The notes beneath the pieces were generated by a model, which saw nothing but the letters and a program-made list of their open reading frames with translations, was not told where the DNA came from and ran no database searches. The position numbers and the translations under genes are program-made. From positions 1 to 59,563 of the forward strand of contig JACQTJ010000085.1 of the NCBI GenBank assembly GCA_016210855.1: DNA of 59,563 nucleotides, given 5' to 3'. The number at the start of each line of letters is the position of its first letter. Position 1 is the stretch's first letter. This stretch comes from Acidobacteriota bacterium. Lineage in GTDB: Bacteria; Acidobacteriota; Terriglobia; Acidiferrales; 2-02-FULL-67-57. This document shows, in pieces, positions 54,195 through 59,563 of the stretch.

Positions 54195-57100
54195 CTAAAA
54201 GATGAACTTCAAACCCCACTGAATCTCGCGCCCGGGACGGGTCTGGAGGATTTGGCCGAAGAACGGATTCGGAATGGCGAACGAGAATCCCGGGACGCCA
54301 AGGAACTGCCCCGTCTGGCCAAAGGGCTGGCGGAAATTGGTGTGGTTGAACAGGTTGAAGAACTCCACCCGGAACTGAATATTGGCCCGTTCGCTCCGGC
54401 CCAGGTAATTGTTCTTCAGGATGGAGAAATCGAAGTTCACCAGCCCGGGTCCCTTGAAGGTGTTGCGACTGAGCGAACCCGGGAAGAATGCCAGGTTGCG
54501 CGTGGGATTGAACGCGCTCACACTGCCGGTGCCGGGGCACGGGAAAAGACCACTGACGTTGCAACCGGCGGGGGTGGCGTTGTCCAAGGCTCCCCCGGCA
54601 TTGTCGTTGTCGGTGTTCGGCGTCCCGACTAGGTCGGGTCGCAACGGTACCCCGAAGAAGTCGCCGAAGACCGTGTAAGGCTGACCGGACTGGAGGGTGG
54701 TGATGCCCGCCAGCTGCCAGCCGGCGCCAATGCCCGGGGCCCACCGGGGCACGTCATACATGTAATGCAAGACGAAGCGGTGGCGGACGTCGAAGTCCGA
54801 GTCACCGCGCTCTCCGGCGAAGGTGCCGAGGTTCTGGCTGTCATTCGGCAGCAGCCCCCGGGTGGTGATGATGGGCAAACCCGGTCGCAGGCTGAGCGCC
54901 GGATTGGCGTTGTTGAGCGAGGCGAACTGGTCGGCGTTGATTACGAAGTTCAAGGCCAGCAGGCTGGCGGTAGGAGGCGAGAACAAAAACACGGGCGTGT
55001 TCGCGGACGAGGCGCTGTCGATGGAGTGCCCCCACTGGTAGTGCAGGTGCAGGGTCAGGCCGTGGAAGTTCCGGGTCTCCCAGCGCAGCTGCAGAGAGTG
55101 AAAGCTGGAGTTGGCCGTGTTCTCCTGGTTGACCACCGAGTCGGTCAGACCCCCTCCCCCGACGAACAGCGGCGGTAGGCAGGCCAGAGGGTCCCGGCTG
55201 AAGATGTTGGCCGTGCACTCCAGCAGCAGTCGATTCCGGGGCAGCTTGTGGCCGGCCGACCCCACATAGGCGGCCTCGAAGGCTGAGGAGTTGCCAAGCT
55301 GTTGCTGCCACCCGAGATTGAATTGATGGACATAGGAGGTGCGAGTGTCCGGGTCACGGGCTGTGATCGAGTAGGACTGACGGAACAGGATCGAATCAAA
55401 TCCATCCCCGTCCACGTCGAAAAAGCCCACTGCCCGGCGGGGGAAGCCGGGCGGGAAGAGATCGCCCAGAGAAACGAAGGGGAAGAAAGAAGCGGCCTGT
55501 TGCACGAACGGCGGGTTGAGCAGCATGTTGGCCGAGTGTTGCAGCGATTGCTGGTCGAAGGTGATGCCGTAGGCACCCCGGAAGACAGTCTTGCCGTTCT
55601 TCCAGGGATCCCAGGCCAGGCCCAGGTGGGGGCCAAAATTGTTGAAGTCGGTGTCAAAGCCGGCGCGGGGCGCTGTGAAGCTGGCTGTGCCGAGGCTGCT
55701 GCCGTCACTGTCCAGAATCGTGTCGCTTCCCGAACGGATCAGGCACACGAGCTGGGGGCAGGCCCCCGGGTAGTTGTTCACCAGGCGGTCACGAGTTTCG
55801 CGGGGTGCCTGGTTGATCTCGTGGCGCAGTCCGAAGGTGAAAGAGACGTTCGAGCGCGGCCGCCAGATGTCTTGGACGAACCAGTCGAAAGAGTTGGCGC
55901 TGAAGGCGCGATCGAATCCCCCGCCGAGAGCAGGGCTGACCCGGGCGATGGAAGCCAGGTCCGGGGCCCCGGAGGAGGCTCCAAAGGGAACGTCAAAGAA
56001 GGTCACCAGGCCGCGGGCGAGGGCTTCGTTGGTTGCGTTGAGGCGGTTGTGGCGGAACTCGACCCCGGCCTTGAGCACGTGCCGGCCCCAGGTGCGGCTG
56101 ATATTGTCGGCGAACGACCAGACATTGTTGGCCCGGTCGTTGGGGGTATTGAAGTCGGCCCCCAGCGGGGCGTAGGAGCCGAAGGTGAAGTTGAAGCCGC
56201 CGATGAGGAACGTGGGCAGACCTTTGTCGGTGAAGTTGAGGTTGCTGAAAAGGGCAGAGGCGTCGAGGGCGCTATCCAGAGGTCGGCTGGTGAGGCGGAA
56301 GCGGTTCCACCCAAAGCGGAATTCGTTGCCAGTGCGGTCGCTGAGCTGGTGCAGGTAGTTGACGCTGAAGTTCTGGTTGCGTCCAGTAACCCGCGTGCCG
56401 CTGCCGGGATAACTGGAGGTCGCATAGAGCTCGCCGCCCTGGATTTGTCGGATGCGCTGGATGTTGTGCTTGAAGCTCAAACTGGCGCGCTCCCCGGCCC
56501 GCCAGTCAATTCGCTCCAGGAAGTTGTCAGTGCTGGTGCTGTTGGCCGAATCGCCGGCAGCAAATGCCCCGCTCGGGTTGGGGAAGCGAGAGCGGACGTC
56601 GCCGGTGAGCGGGTCGCTCACCGGAAAGCCGTCCCGGTTGCGCACTTGGCTCAAGGGGACGTTGGGCGCGGGATAGAGATTCAGCAAGCTGTTGGCGCGG
56701 CGCGTGGAAGGGTCAAAAATGAAGAATCGCTGGCGGAAAAACAGGTCGGGCACGCGCTCAAAGACTGGCCGGTCGTTGTCCGCCCGGGCACTCTCCCAGT
56801 TGAAGAAGAAAAACACCTTGTCTTTGACGATGGGCGCGCCCAGGTTGGCCCCGAGCTGGTTCTGGTTCACGTCCGGATCGCGCCCGCGGTCAAAGATCTC
56901 GGAGAGCACCGGGTCGCTCAGCACGGGAGTGGGGAAGGCCGTGGTGGGGCCGCGGAGAATCTGGTTTATCCGGGCGGCCTGGGCAAAGGCATCGAAGCTG
57001 CCCCCGCGGTAGGTGGAGAGGGCGTTCTCGGCGCTCAGGGCGGAGTTGCGGTTGAACCAGAACACCGTGCCGTGCACATCGTTTGACCCCGACCGGCTGA

Positions 57101-57839
57101 CCAGGTTGATCTGGGCGCCGGCGTTGCGGCCGAACTCGGCGTTCGAGGTGCTGGTCTGGACACGGAACTCCTGCAGAGCTTCCACGATTTGGAACGGTAG
57201 GGACTGGTTCACCGTGTAGTCGTTGTTGTCGGCGCCGTCTAGGAGAAAGTTGTTCATGTTGGCGCGAACGCCGTTGATCACCAGGGAAGCGCCTTCCAGG
57301 GCCGAGCCCTGCTCGACCGGGTAGGTGCCGGGGATGAGCAAGGTCAAGTCAAGGAAGTCCCGGCCCACCAGGGGCAGAGTGCGGACCGTGCGGCTGTCCG
57401 CTACCCCGCCCAGGGTGGTGCTCACGAGGTCGAGTGTGACCGGGGCTGCCTTGGGAGCTTCCTCGGTAATCTCCTGCCCCGGCTGGGCGGCGGGCTGGAG
57501 GATGAAAGGAGGCAGGACCAACTTGGCCTCCCCGACGGCGATGGTCAGGCCGGGGCGAATGACGGTGGCAAAGCCGCTGATCTCGACCGAGATTACGTAG
57601 TTTTCCGCCGGGGGCACGCTGCCGAAGGTGAAGTTGCCGTTGGCGTCGGTTTGCAGGCTCTGCGAAAAGCCGATGCTGGCGTTGATCAGGCGGACGGTGG
57701 CCCCGGGCACAGCGGCGCCATTCTGGTCAAACACCGAGCCGGTCACCAGGGCGTTCTGGGTGGCGGCCCGCAAGGACATGGCGGTTGGGAGAACGAGCAG
57801 GATGGCCAAAAGGGGGAGAGCCCGTGCGTAGATTCTCAT
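54195..57839 (-). CDS. TonB-dependent-receptor-like outer membrane protein with an N-terminal carboxypeptidase-regulatory-like domain
   Basis: 1214 aa from ATG 57839. Signal peptide, a CarboxypepD_reg-like region (GSVFDQNGAAVPGATVRL...TDANGNFTF), beta-barrel-like composition and a C-terminal aromatic residue (LKFIF). Confidence 0.85.
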   Translation of the reverse strand: MRIYARALPLLAILLVLPTAMSLRAATQNALVTGSVFDQNGAAVPGATVRLINASIGFSQSLQTDANGNFTFGSVPPAENYVISVEISGFATVIRPGLTIAVGEAKLVLPPFILQPAAQPGQEITEEAPKAAPVTLDLVSTTLGGVADSRTVRTLPLVGRDFLDLTLLIPGTYPVEQGSALEGASLVINGVRANMNNFLLDGADNNDYTVNQSLPFQIVEALQEFRVQTSTSNAEFGRNAGAQINLVSRSGSNDVHGTVFWFNRNSALSAENALSTYRGGSFDAFAQAARINQILRGPTTAFPTPVLSDPVLSEIFDRGRDPDVNQNQLGANLGAPIVKDKVFFFFNWESARADNDRPVFERVPDLFFRQRFFIFDPSTRRANSLLNLYPAPNVPLSQVRNRDGFPVSDPLTGDVRSRFPNPSGAFAAGDSANSTSTDNFLERIDWRAGERASLSFKHNIQRIRQIQGGELYATSSYPGSGTRVTGRNQNFSVNYLHQLSDRTGNEFRFGWNRFRLTSRPLDSALDASALFSNLNFTDKGLPTFLIGGFNFTFGSYAPLGADFNTPNDRANNVWSFADNISRTWGRHVLKAGVEFRHNRLNATNEALARGLVTFFDVPFGASSGAPDLASIARVSPALGGGFDRAFSANSFDWFVQDIWRPRSNVSFTFGLRHEINQAPRETRDRLVNNYPGACPQLVCLIRSGSDTILDSDGSSLGTASFTAPRAGFDTDFNNFGPHLGLAWDPWKNGKTVFRGAYGITFDQQSLQHSANMLLNPPFVQQAASFFPFVSLGDLFPPGFPRRAVGFFDVDGDGFDSILFRQSYSITARDPDTRTSYVHQFNLGWQQQLGNSSAFEAAYVGSAGHKLPRNRLLLECTANIFSRDPLACLPPLFVGGGGLTDSVVNQENTANSSFHSLQLRWETRNFHGLTLHLHYQWGHSIDSASSANTPVFLFSPPTASLLALNFVINADQFASLNNANPALSLRPGLPIITTRGLLPNDSQNLGTFAGERGDSDFDVRHRFVLHYMYDVPRWAPGIGAGWQLAGITTLQSGQPYTVFGDFFGVPLRPDLVGTPNTDNDNAGGALDNATPAGCNVSGLFPCPGTGSVSAFNPTRNLAFFPGSLSRNTFKGPGLVNFDFSILKNNYLGRSERANIQFRVEFFNLFNHTNFRQPFGQTGQFLGVPGFSFAIPNPFFGQILQTRPGREIQWGLKFIF

Positions 57840-57957
57840 GGATGGATTCTTCTCCTTGTCGAGAGGCGAGGAATGCAAACCCCGAACAGTCGATGCGATT
57901 CTGAAAGTCCAAAGGGTCCTGCGTGCACCAGCACAGTGTTCCTCCGGCGCTCCGTCC

Positions 57958-59451
57958 TCAGCGAGTTTCTGCACCCGTGGCTTCCGTGTAGAGCGCCAGA
58001 ACCTTTGGTGAAACGAACTTCTCCGGGGGCCGGAACCGAGCGGCTTCCTTTTGAACGCCCCGGAAGTTTTCGAGGGCCAGCTCCTTCTGTCGGATGTCCT
58101 TCTCGCCGGAGAGGAAGTAGCGGGCACAGTGGGTGGCTCCCCGGAAGAAGGTGGCCAGGGCGCGCTTGCGGTCGCTGTTGTTGAGGTAATCGGTGAGCTG
58201 CCTCTCCGCTTCGTCGTACTTAGCTTCGAAGTAGGCCCGGAGCCCGCTCCGCAATGGCTCTTCGCTTCCGAGCTCTTGGGCCTGGGCAAGCAGCCGGGCG
58301 ACCTCGCGGTTGCCGGGGTCGAGGGTAGTGGCCGTCTGCAGTTTTTCTACCGCAGCCCGATAGTCCTTGCGGCCCAGAGCGGTCTGGGCCTCGGTGACGA
58401 GCCGCCGGGCCACCTGCCGGGGGTCCTCCCCCCGAGCCTCGATGCGGGTTAGATAGACACGAGCGTCAGCGGCGCGCTCCCCTTTGAGGTTGATCACCTG
58501 CTGGAACGCCGCCCGCGCTCCTTCGAAGTCCTTCTGGTCGAACTTGCGTACCGCCTCCTGAAAAACGGCTTCCTCTTTGAGAGCCGTGTCAAGGCGGGCC
58601 AGGTAGCGCTCTGCCTCGGCTTTGCGGTTGCCGCCCATCCCGGCAACCTGGCGGAAACCCGTTTGGGCCTCGCTGTAGCGCTTCTGCTCGAAGGCGCGGA
58701 CCGCATCGTTGAACGCCCGCTGCTCGCGCTCGGCTTGGTCGATCTGCCCTAGGTAGCGCTGGGCGTCGGCGCGACGCTTTCCGTTCAGGCCAACGACTTC
58801 CTGCAAGCGGGTGCGGGCGGCCGCATAGTCACCGCTGTTGAACAGGCGCACCCCTTCAGTGAAGGCTGACTCTTCGCGGCGCTCCTCTATACGCTGCAGG
58901 TAGCCGCGGGCCTCGGCGGCCTTCGGGCCGCCCCCGCGGACCACCTGGCTGAACCGGGCCCGCGCTTCGGTGTCGTTGCCCTCGGTGAAGAATTTCACCC
59001 CTTCGCTAAACAGCCGGTCCTCGCCCATCCGCGTGTCAATATCGGCTAAGTACTTAGCGATTTCGTTTCGGTAACGAGGGCTCTTGAGGGGGATGCCTTG
59101 GGCCTGACGCAACTTCCCCTGGGCCTCCTCATACTTCCCCTGGTTGAAGAGCTGGACGCCCTCGTCGAAGAGGGTCTGCTCCAGGCTTCGCATGCGCTCT
59201 GCTTCCTTGCAGGCCGGGTTCAGGTAGGTCCGAACCTGTTGGTAGCCGGGCTTTTCTTTTTCGATTTGCTGGAGCTGCTCGCAGGCGTCTTCCATCTTGG
59301 CGCTGTTGAAGAGCTCAATGGCCCGCTGATAGCGTCGTTCGAGGGGCTCCTGCGCGACCAGTGGGAACGGGCCGGTCAGCAGGACTGCCAAGGCACTCAC
59401 CAGCACCGACGGCCAATTAGTATTGGGAGACCAGTTCATCCACGAGCGCAT
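57958..59451 (-). CDS. exported helical repeat protein (about eight units of ~50-54 aa, TPR/Sel1-like)
   Basis: Signal peptide, then a repeated pattern F-x-E-G-V-x-x-F-N-x-G-x-Y-x-x-A...G-x-R-x-A-x-A-x-x-Y-L-x-x-I. An alternative start is at 59439. Confidence 0.75.
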   Translation of the reverse strand: MRSWMNWSPNTNWPSVLVSALAVLLTGPFPLVAQEPLERRYQRAIELFNSAKMEDACEQLQQIEKEKPGYQQVRTYLNPACKEAERMRSLEQTLFDEGVQLFNQGKYEEAQGKLRQAQGIPLKSPRYRNEIAKYLADIDTRMGEDRLFSEGVKFFTEGNDTEARARFSQVVRGGGPKAAEARGYLQRIEERREESAFTEGVRLFNSGDYAAARTRLQEVVGLNGKRRADAQRYLGQIDQAEREQRAFNDAVRAFEQKRYSEAQTGFRQVAGMGGNRKAEAERYLARLDTALKEEAVFQEAVRKFDQKDFEGARAAFQQVINLKGERAADARVYLTRIEARGEDPRQVARRLVTEAQTALGRKDYRAAVEKLQTATTLDPGNREVARLLAQAQELGSEEPLRSGLRAYFEAKYDEAERQLTDYLNNSDRKRALATFFRGATHCARYFLSGEKDIRQKELALENFRGVQKEAARFRPPEKFVSPKVLALYTEATGAETR

Positions 59452-59563
59452 CGACCTTCACCTGCGGAAACGTGTAGTTCACCTGCTGGGCTTGTCCCGA
59501 CTCCACCACCACGTTCACCGTCCCGGTGCTTTCGCCGTTCCGGAGCTCCAGCACATACTCGCC
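59417..59563 (-). CDS. C-terminal end of a protein continuing past the right edge (PEGA-like beta segment)
   Basis: Minus frame is open from the window edge to TAA at 59419-59417: GEYVLELRNGESTGTVNVVVESGQAQQVNYTFPQVKVDALVDELVSQY. It overlaps the start of the downstream repeat-protein gene. Confidence 0.45.
   Translation of the reverse strand, partial: GEYVLELRNGESTGTVNVVVESGQAQQVNYTFPQVKVDALVDELVSQY

Overview
High-GC (~65%) bacterial chromosomal window, tightly packed with about 60 mostly housekeeping genes. These include sdhCDAB, ino1, polX, a csp gene, glgC, hemA-hemC-hemD, trpS, scpAB, hisC, rarA, anmK-mutS, tsaB-rimI, psd-pssA, lptE-holA, rpsT, mlaEFD, a histidine-utilisation set (hutU, hutI, fused ftcD), fadD, thiG and one tRNA-Arg(CCG). 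A very large TonB-dependent-receptor-like outer membrane protein with a carboxypeptidase-regulatory-like N-terminus, plus PEGA/TPR-like neighbours, suggests an Acidobacteriota-like genome; this is inference only. I recognise no rRNA, IS element, integrase, CRISPR array or known defence system, so I cannot point to one clear novel system. The most unusual items are: (1) a family of short intergenic GC-rich hairpin repeats whose closing stems co-vary. They are concentrated in the only gene-poor stretch (7.6-8.9 kb) and flank a PDZ multi-TM gene. (2) A tightly coupled operon with a degenerate RsbW-like protein, a phosphorylatable-type STAS protein and MlaE/F/D, preceded by a 60-aa protein with 10 cysteines. 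(3) A TrpRS carrying a ~72-aa lower-GC in-frame insertion and a four-Cys Fe-S-type motif. (4) An Asd-family protein lacking the catalytic cysteine. (5) A hut gene set split by an opposite-strand zinc-ribbon/RsbW-like cassette. (6) A csp leader with a terminator-like hairpin, and candidate leaderless genes. All functional calls come from motif recognition by eye. Start codons are often ambiguous, and many long ORFs in the track are antisense artefacts of high GC.
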